DNA from: Patescibacteria group bacterium UBA7396
Lineage (GTDB): Bacteria > Patescibacteriota > Gracilibacteria > BD1-5 > UBA6164
Length of the DNA: 64,000 nt
Direction of reading: 5' to 3'
NCBI GenBank assembly: GCA_002470645.1
Contig: DKNE01000024.1
Span: 8,369-72,368, forward strand
Below the pieces are notes generated by a model that was not told where the DNA came from, made no database searches, and worked only from the letters and a program-made list of their open reading frames with translations. Positions 45,964 to 59,283 of the stretch are shown one piece after another. The number at the start of each line of letters is the position of its first letter. Within the stretch, counting starts at the first letter, position 1. A program made the translations under genes and the position numbers.

Positions 45964-48900
45964 ATGCTAAATAATTATTTTAACATTTTTTTTATGCAAA
46001 ATTATACAAAAATTCAAAAATTTCTCTCTTTTTTGCTCATATTTTCAATCCTTTTTTCTTTCAGTGTAAACATAACATTTTTTAGTTTTTTAGGAACTAT
46101 TTTTGCTCAGGATGCAAAAAACTATAATGTAGTTTCTATTTTTGTACAAGAAGAAATTTATTCTTGAGTGAGATCTAGTGTTGATAGATATGCAAGAAAT
46201 ATCCAATGAGTTTTAGAAAATACAAAAACAATGATTATCCCTATTTCTGGAGATACTCACCCATTTAATATTGCATCATTAAATGAAAAACTTTATTTTG
46301 AATGATATAATTGACTCGGTGGATTAACTGGCAATTCAAAATTAGTTGGAAGTATTTTTATTTGAGATATTGCTCTTCCTGTTGTTGAAAATAGAGGGAG
46401 TTATGAAAAAACAGTATTCCCTTATGTTGATTTTGATCAAAAGCTTTATATTTTTGATGAAACAAAAAAAATCTTTCAATTAAATAAAAATGTTATTTCC
46501 ACTCCAAAAGCAGAAATTTGGCATGGATTTATTTCTCCAAATACAGGAAATAGAACACAAGATATACAAGAAATTAATGAGTATTTTTCAAAAAATAATG
46601 ATTTTTATACAGGAGGATGATTATTTCAAAATACTCAGGGAATTATGAATGGGAAGCTTGATGAAGACTTATTATCAACATATGAACCACATGTTTTTTA
46701 TTATGATCAAATTAGAGAAACAAAAGCAGTAAAATATGTAGATTATAAAGCATATGAAGCTACTCTTCTTTATAAAGAAGATCTTTCATACAATAGATTT
46801 TCTGCTGAATTAGCTGAAAAATTAAAGGCGAACTATTTTTGAGCACAATCTGATTATATTGGAGATGTTGGAAGTATTTTTTGAAGTGGAATTGATTTAA
46901 GTACCATGTTATTATGACCAACTACACAAAATATACCTGATGTACAAACAAGACATATTATTCAAAATACTACTAAAAATTTTCTTCAAATTTTCAATGG
47001 AAGTGCGCTTGGTGATATGAGAAAAAATGTACATAATGCTGGAAGATATAATTCATGATCAAGTAATGTTTCGGTTGATTTAATACCAACGTTGTTAACA
47101 AGTCTTGATATGCTTTCTCAAACATCAGTAAAAAATGTAAATAATGATGTGGAAAAAATTATTGATGAAGTAGTAAAAAAAGGTCTTTCTAGAAATATTG
47201 CTATTCCAAGTGAATTTCAAGTAGGTTCATGAACATATATTAATTTTTTGTATTGAATGCAATGATGAAAAATTACCTCGGCTTGAGAGTGTAGTTTTTA
47301 TAGAGGTTCTACGTATAGTGGGGGGAATTTAGTAGGAGCAAATAGAGCTTTTAATATTAATAATGTCCAATGAGATATTGATATGTGTCAAAGAGCAGAT
47401 ACAAGATGATATTGGTGAGGAAATTCTCCGTTGAATCTTGATACCACAAATTCAGCGAACTGAGAAATTTGGAAATTAAAATTTAGTGATCCTACTAATG
47501 CTATAGTTCCTCTTTTTGATATTTTATGATGATTAAAAACCACTGATACAACAAAAAACCCAGATCCAAGAATGTGTTTTGATAACAATCTTATTTTAAC
47601 AAAAGTAGAGTGAAGTTCTTGAGAATGATGAAATTTAGAAACAAGTTATAGTGTTCCAGTCAATGGAAATCCTGCTATTAATTGGAGTTGTAGTTCTACA
47701 AATATTAAGTTTCCTTATACGTATTCTTTTGATGAGACATATAAAAATTTTCCAACACTCCCCGTAGAATCATGTGATGAGCATTATTTAAAATTAGATG
47801 GAAATACCATAAAAGCCCATACTGTTAATTGTTGAGAGTGATGATGATCATGAGGATGAGTTTCTACTCCAATTCGTGAATGAATGGAAAATGTTCATGA
47901 GAGAATGTGAAGTGGCTCTACTCAGACAATTTACAATTTTCATAAAATTGCTTCTTGGATAGAACATAAAGCACCAACATCACAAGAATTATATAAACAA
48001 ACTCAATATATGATTTCTCCAAATCTTCCAATAGACAAGGATAGATATATTGATTTTATTGCGGCAGATAATACTTATGCAAAGATTGAATATCCGTATC
48101 TTTTTAGAGTATCATCTCCTGAAAGCTTTAATTTTTCTGCTACAAAAACAGCATTAAAACAATATCTTGATCAGAAATCTCAAGAAATTAATGCTCTTAT
48201 TCAAGCAAAAGATCCATCAAAACTTACTGGAGAGGATTTAGCGATATATCAATTACTTACTACAGGAACTTATCCACAAGCAAATATTGATTTATATGCT
48301 TTACTTTTAGCAAAACCAGATAAGGAGATAGAAATTTTATGAGATAAAAAAAGTCTTAGTTATATTGATACTCTTACATTTTCTATATTATGGAATAATT
48401 TAACAAGTGTTTCAGCAAAATATGCATTTATTTTCGAAAATTATCTTTCAGATCAATTTTGATGAAATGATTATAATTTTTATCTTCCAAAAAATAAAAA
48501 ACAATATGAAATAGCATATTTATGAGCTCCTGGAGATCCTAGAAATATGTACATTAAGCTTGATCCAGAAGATAAGTGAGAAAATCCTTACACATCTATT
48601 TTACAAGCAAATCAAAATCTTGATAGTTATTTATTGAGTATAAAAGATAATAATGATACAAGTGCTAATTTTAAATGTGCACCTCCAGAATGAGTTCCAA
48701 TTTGGGAATGGATTCCAGCAGTAATGTGTCGGTTAAAAGATATGTTACCACCAAAAATTAGTATTAATGAGTGAAATTGTTGACTTCCAGCAATGTCTTT
48801 TTCAGATGATTGAGAAATAGAAGTGTGTACTTCTTGTCAATCTACTCAAACAGGTTCTCAAATATCATGAGAAGATTTGAATAAAAATGGGATTCCAGAT

Positions 48901-51900
48901 ATCTTAGAAAAAGATGTCAAAAATGCGGTACTATCATTAAATACAAATTCTTCAAAATATCCATATAATAAAACATGATTTATTGAGGCATCTCTTTTAA
49001 ACCAGTCTGGAGCACGTATTACTCATGATAGTTACTCAAATGTAGCTTTTGAGCTTATAAAAGTAGAAACACCTCTTGATGAACAAAAAGAATTTTCTTC
49101 ATCTAACACATATACTTTATTTGATAAAGAAAATAATACTCTTAATTCAGACCAAGCGAAAAAACAAGCAGAAGGATACATAAATTTTAGTGATATTCAA
49201 GTAAGATTGAATAGAGGAGTTTTTAAATATAATTTTTCTACAAAGTCAAAAGATGCTAATATTACTTTGAGGGTTATTCTCGAATTAAAAGCATATAATT
49301 GAGATGTTATTGAACGTAAGACACAAGATATTATATTGCAAATCAGAGGAGATTTATTGTATGCATCCAGTTATAAATTATCTCAATTTGATGGCGAATT
49401 ATCACTAGATTCTTTAAGTCAATGAATATCTGTTTCAGAGTACCAAAATATTTTTCTTATTGAAGAAAAGGATTTTGTAGATTTGAGATCAAATCTTTCA
49501 TCTCTTGATAATCTTTCTCTTGCAAAACAAAAACTTTTTTTAAGTCTTGAACACCAAGATAAAAAATGAAATAGAATTCCTATAACCTATCCATTATCGG
49601 TAACATTTTATAATCAACAAGCAGAAGTTGTTTTTAGTCAAACTTTGGCATCATTATCTTCCCCAAAATCATTATGAGCGTTTAAGGATTCTTGAATTTA
49701 TTCTCTTGAAATTAAAGACGCAACGGGTTTTATTTTAAAGAAAACACTCACTCTTCTTCCAGATATTGCTACAAAAATAGAACCAAAACTTTCTACAAAT
49801 TTGATGGAAAAATGAGGTGCTATCACGACTCATGTTTTTAGTATTTATGATAAATATGACAATCCAACACAAGCGGAACTTTATACTGTAGAAGCAGAAA
49901 TTTCTTGAAATAGTGTAGTTTTTGAAGATGGGACTAAAAAGCAAATATTTCAAGTGTATGACGGATATAGAGCATTTAGATTAAAAACTACTCCGGTAGC
50001 AGGAAATGCTAATATTACTTTTTCGTTAAAATACGCAGAACAAACTCTTGATAAAAAAACCGTACCAATTTCTGTTGTGGATAAAATTGATTTTGATATT
50101 ATATTACCTTCAGAGATAAAAGTTTGAAATAATGAGTATAAATATTCTCTTCAAGTTAAAAATCAATCAGAGAAAAGCAATTTTAATTCAAGAGCATATT
50201 TAGTGAGTAATGCGCAATATATTAAATCAGTTGATGGATATATTGATATTAAAAATTCTGTTTGAAGCTGAAGTTTTCAAACAAAAACAAAAGCTTGAGA
50301 AAAAATAAAACTTGAATTTAAAATAGAGTGAGTGAAAGATTCTATTTATAAAGAAGTAAATATTCTCCCAGAAGTATGATTGAAAATCGGGCTTACTCTT
50401 TCAAAATCAAAAATGGAGGCAAGTCCAACATCAACAGCTATTTTGTATGCGGAAATAAAAGATAGATATAATAACCTTGTATGGACAGATAATCAAACTC
50501 AGTTAGACTTAGAAATATTAGATAGATATTCAAATATTATTCGTGCGAATATATCTTCAAAACAAGTACAAAAGTGAAAAGCAAACTTTATTTTGAGTGC
50601 AACAGATATTCCTGGAAGTGCTTATTTTAAAGTAGGGTCTACTCCAAGTTTATCAGAAAATTCTTTTACACTTACTGGACAAACTCCTTTTACTAAAGAA
50701 ACATTAGATTCTTTAGCTGGCATGAGAGAAGACTGAATTTTAACAGAAATATGAAAAAAGTTTTTTACTGATTATGATAGTAAAAATTATAGATTTAAAT
50801 ATTATGATATTTCAATACTACAATCAAGCGAGGATTTTAAAGCACAAAATCCGCTTGTTCAAAATAGACTTCTCTCACTTTTTGAATCAAATAATACTAT
50901 TACAGTAAATGGAGTATGAGAAAACATATGAAAAATAGAAACATTTTATTTTTGGAATAAACAAAAAATAGAAGGCAATAAGTATAATTCTATTTATACA
51001 ACTCTTTTGTGAAGTAATTATTGAGATCTTACTGTTTCAGACAACTTGGCAAACTCTATTATTTTTGATAAAAATAATAAAGCTCTTTGAGTAACTACTC
51101 TTTTAAGTGATACTACAAAACATCAGGAAATTCTTAATATTAATCCTAATGGAAGTTTGGAGCTTCATTCTACCTTGAGTGATGTAGCATATGATATCAG
51201 TACATATTTTAATATTACTGAAAAAGGATGATTGGAAGCGGTTATGTATAATAACACTTTTGATACTCTTGTTTCAAGAGTGTATTATAATCTCAATTCT
51301 CCAAAAATTATTGATAGATGTACTACTTCAAATATTTCAGATTGTTTTGATAAACAAAAAACTACTGTTTTACTCCAATCTTTACAATCTGGATATACTT
51401 CGAAAGTTGATGAAAGAACTGGATTAAAATTTGCAAATTCTCAAAATCAAATTCTTTTTGAAATATCTCCAAGTGGAAATATAAAAAAATCTATTGATGT
51501 TACATTAGAATTAGCTAAAAATTATACAACAGGACTTGTCTTGAATATTAAACAAGGAAATAAAATAATTTGAATGTTTGCTATATCTTTTCCAAAAAGT
51601 AATGTAAAAATTATTAGAGATATGAGTCTTTTTGAGGAGGTAAAAGATTCTCAAGAAACAGGATGAATGATTATTTATTTAGAGGCAAGAGATTATTTTT
51701 ATAAAGCAAAATATCTCTGATCTTCTACAAAAGAGGATATTTGATATGTGATTGCATATAATGATCCATTTTCATCAAATACTCCATGAGTAAATCAATT
51801 TGGAACTTTTTTTAATTTTTGATATGAAAACTTTCATTCAAAAGATTGACTTGGGTGGAAAGAAGACAATAAAATACTTCTCTCATTTGCAGCTGGAAAA

Positions 51901-54900
51901 ACTATTTGACAGTCAACAAAAGATTTTATGACTTTTGGGCTTATTAATATTTGAGATCCTGTTGCGAGTTTAAAGCCTATTGCTAAAAAATTACCTTGAA
52001 CACAAAAAACAAGAAAATATGATTCAACGATTTGATATTTGATATCAAAGGATGAGGATAATTTAGAGTATGATGTTTTTGATTATAATAATGATGGGAA
52101 TGATGATGTCATTATTCTTAAAAGAGGATGATATGTTCAACTTCTTGAAGGAACTGATGTTTTTTGAGATTTTCTTGATAGAGGAAATGTAGTATATATT
52201 GCTGATATTTCACCAAAATCTCCAATTATTGCGTGAGATTTTTCAGGAGATGGTTTTTCTGATATAGTATTATTAAATAAAGATAGAAAAATTATATTTC
52301 TATCAAATCAAATTAAAGATTTTAGAAGAATAGATACCAATATTACTTTTGATGGAAATATCAGCCAAATTATATGATTTGATATGGATTTAGATGGAAG
52401 AATGGATCTTGTAATTCTGGATGATATGTGAGATTTATATATCTTTTATGGAACACAACAAGAATGAATTTTCCAAAAAAAATTGGTTGATTCTTGATTA
52501 TGAATAGTGCTGAGTAAAAAATCTAGGAAAGATAGAGGAGCTCTTTATTATGATTGATTATATCAAATTCCTCGTGATAAAACTCAAGAAAATTTACTTG
52601 ATAGTGAAGCTTTATTGAAACAACTAGAACAAAATAAAGCTACCCTTTCTTGATCTCAAAATACTTCTCAAAATGGTATAAATGAATCATTGATTGATAA
52701 GCTCATTTTTACACAAATGAATTATACTCCAGTTTCTGCACGTTCACAAACTTGAGGTATTGTTTCTCAAATGCCAGCATCTATTATGACGCCATGAATG
52801 ATTTCTGGAATACAAAACCAACAAAATTCTATCAATGATATTATAACAACTTTTTCTTGAACTGCGACACAAAAATCACCAGATCTATCAAATGGAGTAG
52901 CATGAGTAGAAAGATGAATACAAGATGCAATTACATGAGTAGAAGATATATTAAATAGTTATACAGATGACCCAAATACACAAGTTACTACTCAAGGGAC
53001 ACAATTATCCAATGATATAACTACTTTTTTAAAAAGTGAATATGCAGAATTTCAATGATTTGAAGTTTCTAAAACATATATTGATATAAATGATGATCCT
53101 CTGAGAGGGGGAGATAATGTTGAATTGGTTATAAAAATTAAAAATAATACAACTCAACCATTAAAAGATTTTGCTTATGCTGAAAAAATTTACAATATAT
53201 TTTCTCTTTCTTCAAGCTCAAAATTTTCTCTTCAAATTTGAGAAAAAAATATTGCACATGAAGATGTATATCTCCAATCTTCACCAAGTAGTCAGTTTAC
53301 ATTTTTGATAGATAGTTATTATGAAAATGGGCAAAAAAAATATATAAATCTTCTTGCGTGAGAAGAAATGACTTTACGTATTACTTTGACTACTAATGCC
53401 TTTGAATATGGACATATTGATGTATGATTTTTTGATAATCAAACAGAACATTGAGATATTATTTTTAAAGATAAAGATGAAAATTGTTGACAGGAAGTAG
53501 GATTGTATAAGTCAATTGCTGTCAGAGAATATGAAAGAACTATTCATGCTCCTTCATGTGAAAATACACTCCCTGATGAAGTAGATGAAAATGCAGTTGA
53601 TGAAGATGGGAATGGTATTCCTGATTATATAGATAAACTGTTAAGTGGGGAAAATAGTCATATGGATTATGCAAATGACCAACTTTGAGAGTTTAATAAA
53701 GATACAGATTGAGATGGTATTCCTGATAGAGATGATACTTCGCCTGGATATGATTCTAGCCAAGATGATTTCATGAATTCTTTAAATATGGCAGATATCA
53801 ATATAGATAAAATTATGCAATGAATAGATACTATATTGGCATGATTATCTTGTGGATTTTGATGATGATGATGTATATCTTCTCCTCTTAATTGGGCTCC
53901 ATTAGCTCCTTGAAACGATCCTACTCTTTTTGGTATGCCATTGTTAGATGGATTAAATATAGGTGAATGACTTCCGATTTTCTCTGCTTTAACATGACAA
54001 TGGTATGGGCCATATTGTTGACCATCAGTTTGGCCAGCAAGTCCACTCAATACAGTATGATGTTGAGATCTTTGAGCATGAGGTCGGCTTTGAATTAATA
54101 ACCCAGCCAATTTTATTAGAGTCTTTGTTACGCCAACACTTACTTGAGCAGTATGAATTGCGGTATGTTTTTGATGACCAGCATCTATTGCATGAAGAAC
54201 AAACCCTGAATGACTTCACCCATTTGTCCCATGATGAAATTGTGTAGTTGCGGCTACTCCAATGTTATGATGTAAAAATGATGGATCAGATGGAGAAATT
54301 TATAATCTTTGAAATCCTTGAGCAAGCATAATAAATGGAAACTGTTCTTGAAATAATAATACTTCGTCAACACCATATCTATGAGAAGTATGATGAGACT
54401 ATGTAAGCTATAAAAATACAGGAAGAAAATCACCAAAATTAGATGTAGATTTAAAAGAAATTCTTTCGACAGTTGCAACTTGACCATCTCAAAGATGGAG
54501 CTTGCCAAATGAACCACTCCTTAATATCTGAAATTCATCTAACCCAGATCTTTCAGTAGATATAGATTTTTGAGCTATTTCCGAATGAAATTTTCAAGAT
54601 GTTATTGATGTGAGTATGACAAGAATATCTCCATTCCCTGACTTTATTATGGAATGGGTTACTAGACAAATCGAGGAAATTGCAAATAAATTAACAGATT
54701 TTCCTACTCTTTATATTATTCTTCCAGATTTTAAATGAGTGTTTGATAATGATTGGGGATGATTTTTAGATAAACTCCAATCTTCATATAGTGCCTGAGA
54801 GCAAACTCAACAACAAAAACAAGCGTCTATTCAATCTCAAATAGATGCTAATAAATCTCAACTAGGGAAAATCAATTGTGATAACAATACTACAGAATGT

Positions 54901-57900
54901 TTATCATATGAACTTGAAATATCAAAATTGGAGGCTCAAAAAAATCTTTGAGCAAATCAAACTGTATGAGGGATTAAATCGGTATATGAATTTTTATCGA
55001 GTATGCCTATGATTAAAATAGAACCTCAAAAAGTAAACTTTAATATTCCTTGGCCATGAGATAAAGCAAGTATTGATAAAGCTATTGCTGATTTTGAAGC
55101 AACAAAACTTCAATGGCAGCAAGAATTTGAAAGAGCAAAATCCCAATGGAATATAAATAATTATGATTGTGTTGCGACTTCTTCTTCACAAGAATGTAAA
55201 AATATGCTCAATGTTCAAAGTCTTATTAATTCTATAGATAAAAATATTGAAATACTTAGAGGCTATAAAAATATTCCTGAGGATGTTTATAGAATGCTCA
55301 AAATAAAAGACATTCGGATAGAGCAAATCTTATGTAACATTGAAACTATTTCAAAAATTACAGGTTGACGGATTTGAGATAATGGAAAAAGATTTAAAGC
55401 TTGGGTAGAATTATATGTTCTTATTAAGGCTATATTAAAATCATGGCAATTATTGGTAGATGTATTTATAGATTATGATGCAGAATGTCATGAGTGTAAA
55501 AATGAAAGATATGATCTTTTATACTTTGTATGGAAGCTCATTAGTATGGTTATGCCAAAAATCCCAGTAATTCAATTTCCAAAATGGCCAGATATATATC
55601 TTGATTTACATAATATTAGAGTGTCTTTGGTAGTAGGACTTCCAGAGTTTGAGTTTAATCTGAGACCTATTGTTTTGCCAACTTTACCAGAATTATATCT
55701 TCCTAATAGTCCAAATGTAGGATTAAATTTACCAAATCTTCCATTGTTGCCAGAGTTTATTCTTCCGACTCTCCCTGATTTACCAACTCTGCCAACAATA
55801 GAGCTCCCTAATTTACCACCACCACCAAAATTACCAAAACTCCTTTCTGCAATAGAAGCGTTTTTAAATATTTTGAAATTGATTACAAAAGTGATGTGTA
55901 TTTTAAAAACGTCTCCTTTTGTACCTGAATGGAGAGCCTGAGACCAAATAGCATTTATTACAGAAAGAAGTGGGTATTTATGAATTGACTTTCTTGATAT
56001 GTCTCTTCCTCAATTTTCTTTCCCTTTTGTAGATGCGATTAAAGTATCAACATTTGTAAATTTAGAATTCGAAGTAGAATTTTTAGTAGAAATGGCAAGA
56101 CAAACAGCTCTTCCAATAAATGTTTTTGGAAACAATATTGCAAATATGCTGAATATTTGATTAGGAGATCTTGATTTTAGAGCAGCTACTCCAGAAGATA
56201 TTAATGTTGATGTAGAGAGAGATGGAAATATAGAAACAAGTTTTAAAGAGGATAAAAAAACAATTTCTTTGTTTGATTTAGCATCAATATTTTCAGAAAA
56301 TTTGATTCATTTATATGCTGGTATAGAAAAAAATTCAAAAATTGAACTTTCTAACACAGAATTTAAAAATGAAATATTACAACAACTTCCATACATTACC
56401 AATGAAAAAATAGTTTGAGTATGGAATGATGCACTTTGATATTCATTTACGAAAGAAGATGCAATTATAAAGGAATTGATATTAAATAATGAGGAAAAAT
56501 ATAGAGAAGTCGAATCTATTTTACAAGAAGAAAGAGAAAAAAATAATCAAATACTTTATACTATCCAAAAAGAATGAATTCAAGATACTCCAAAAAATAT
56601 TCTTGTGTATTCTAATGAAAAACAAAGTATATCAGATTATAATACAAGATTGAATCCATATAATAAAAAGGCATTAGATTCTCTTAATAATCTTTATATA
56701 GAAGATCAACAAGTGGGTGAAATTAGGACAGAATCAAAACAAATCTTAGCACAAGTACAGTCTTGATTAAATAATTTTTCTCAAAAAATGCAAGAATCTA
56801 AAGAGGCTTTTGAAAAAGTAGAAATAAGATGACAAAATCAATTATTAGCAACTAATACATCACCAACAGCGACTCAAAATATAGCACCCAATGAAAAAAA
56901 TACTTCTCAAACAACACCTCAAAGTTCACAATCATGTCAAATGAACTCAAATGGATATAGTTATATTTATAAATGAATTTATATTGTAGAACAATTTTTA
57001 AATAAAAAAATTAGTTACTATTTATTTGATTATTTAGATGAACTTTCTTGAAAAGAAATAATTAAAGAAAGAGATTTTGATAATGATTGAGACCAAGACA
57101 TTATTTATATGGTATGAGATGAAATTTACTTAAAACAAAATTATATCAGTAAAAAACAAGTAAAAAATATTTACTCAGGTTCTCCTATTATTCTTCCTTC
57201 TACAAAAAATGATTATATAAAATCAACCTTTATTTCTGGAGTAAATAATTTTGAAGAATCTGTGAGTGATAGTAATTTTATAAATATATCATTTGATGCA
57301 AAACAAAATCAAAGTAATTATAGGGTAGAATTTTTCCCAATAGTTGATAAATTTGACGATATGATAGCACCACAAGATACATACATTCCAAAAAATATTA
57401 AAAAATATATTATAGATGCTTTTACTGATATAGATAGACAGACACTGGACATGGAGACTAATGCTCAAAATACGGTAAACATCAGAAAAAATCTTGCATA
57501 TATTGATGCTATTTCAAATACTGCTGGAATACATTTATTTACGAAACAGTTAATAAATTTAGCAGATGATTTGAGTACAAATACTCAAGTAACACTTAAT
57601 GCAGGTTCAAAAATTTATTCATGAAAAGATTCTGTAAGGATTAGATATTATCTCTATAAAGAAAGGAATAATGAGTTAAAAATGAAAGAGATAAAATTAA
57701 ATGCTTTATCAAATATTGCTTTTAAAGATGATATTATAGTAGTTTGACTAGTCGGGGAAGCATATGTTGAGTGAAAAACATTTATTAATCTAACATGAAA
57801 TCAAATAGCGACGTATCTTAAAAAACCACTGTTACCATGAAGTATTTTCACATACAAAGATATGGAAATACCACTGAGAAATTCTTATGTAACAATAAAA

Positions 57901-59217
57901 TATTATGATGGAAGTGATGCATTATTAAATTTTCAAGATATAACATATTATCAATTATATGATTTATGAGCTACAAGACTTAAATACTCAATAAGAACAT
58001 CTCTCAAAAATGATTTCTATTATGCGAAAATAAGAAGTTTTAAAAAACAATTATTTTCAACTTACTCAAATCAAGTTCTTCTGTCACCGCAAAATGAATC
58101 TGATACAACAGCACCAGAAATTTCTAATATTTCAACACTTCGTCTTCCTGTTTATGTACAAAAAACATTTGATTTATCGGAAGCTATATTTGAAAATAGT
58201 TGAAATAATAATATTAAAGATATTTATATAGATTTTGATTTAGGGGTTGATAGTAATGCTGATTGAAACAAGACAAATGATAGAGATTTTGTTTTAGGAA
58301 ATATAAAAAATAATCTAAGAATTACAAAAGAATGAGCAAGAATTTTATTACAAGCAGGACCATTTACAGATCTTATAAATAAACAAATCAGATTGTATGT
58401 AATTGATGCTAATAATAATGTATGAGTGAAAAATATTAATTTTGTTGTTTATTCACCAATTCCAAGAATTGATTCTATAGAAAATAATAATATTTCTTGA
58501 ATATTGGATGAAGTACTTATGAAAGTTCCAGTAAGTTTTTATAGATTAAGGAATAATGAGCTGACTCGTCTTCAAGATTATAATAAAAATATGCAAACTC
58601 ATACTATAGAATGATGAAAATTTTTATTTAATACGTGAGTAAATACATCAACAGGAGCTACGGTTTCATATTCATGAGAGACATTATTTACATTAAATGA
58701 AGAGACAGGGAAAATTTATATTTCAGATATTTCTAAACTGAGAAATAAATTGAATATTAACGTTTATTCATCAAATAATAAAAATAATGAGTACCTATAC
58801 CCAAATATTGTTATTACTAAAGAAAATATTCCAATTTTTCACCAATATTTAGTGACTCCAAATACAGGAAAAGTACAATCAGTGACAAATTTTATTGAAG
58901 TGATAGAATGACAATATAAAAAACAACAATGAGTGTATTATATGCATCAAGCTTCAAATAATTTTTGATTTGTAAGTTTACCACTTTGATTAAAAAATAA
59001 CGCATGAGATTTATATGTATATTCACTTATTGATGAAAAAAAGGTACCAATTTTTACTATTTTTAAAGATGGAAGAATAGATGTAGTATGAGATTTATAT
59101 TATATTGAATATTCGACATACTGAGATTATATAGTTTATAATTTAAAAAGGAGATGATTAGAAACAACTATTTGAAGAGTACTTATTATTCCAGAGGAAA
59201 ATTATATAGTAAAATAA
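45964..59217 (+). CDS. Giant secreted multidomain surface protein (4417 codons from ATG 45964; 4407 from ATG 45994)
   Basis: Every 60-nt line of the listing starts in this frame. I read all codons from 45964 to 59217 and found no TAA/TAG until TAA at 59215-59217, with one to several TGA per line. The N-terminus has a signal/TM segment (FLSFLLIFSILFSFSVNITFFSFLGTIFAQD). Recognisable modules are Ig-like (about 49740-50700), FG-GAP/VCBS-like repeats (about 52080-52470) and TSP3-like Ca-binding DxDxDGxxD motifs (53590-53760). Further modules are a Gly/Cys-rich core (53821-54600) and an LP-rich segment (55630-55850). Confidence 0.85.
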
Positions 59218-59220
59218 AAA

Positions 59221-59250
59221 AATAAGAGAAAAAATTCTCTTATTTTTTTT
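59221..59250 (+). terminator. Rho-independent terminator after the giant gene
   Basis: AATAAGAGAA-aaaa-TTCTCTTATT forms a 10-bp stem followed by T6+. Confidence 0.8.
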
Positions 59251-59254
59251 ACTA

Positions 59255-59282
59255 AAAAAGCAACCTAATGGTTGCTTTTTAT
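59255..59282 (-). terminator. Rho-independent terminator after typA
   Basis: AAGCAACC-taat-GGTTGCTT has a T-run on the minus strand, 2 nt after the typA stop. Confidence 0.7.
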
Positions 59283-59283
59283 A

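Noticed and set aside
53667-54517. These are long standard-code ORFs on both strands inside the giant gene: 53667..54110 (- strand, 147 aa), 54005..54247 (+), 54025..54219 (-) and 54254..54517 (-).
   Set aside because: They are artefacts of the very high TGA/TCA density of this segment. Their translations are low-complexity (His/Gln/Ser-rich) with no recognisable features. The table-25 frame of the giant gene runs uninterrupted through the region and fits its flanks.
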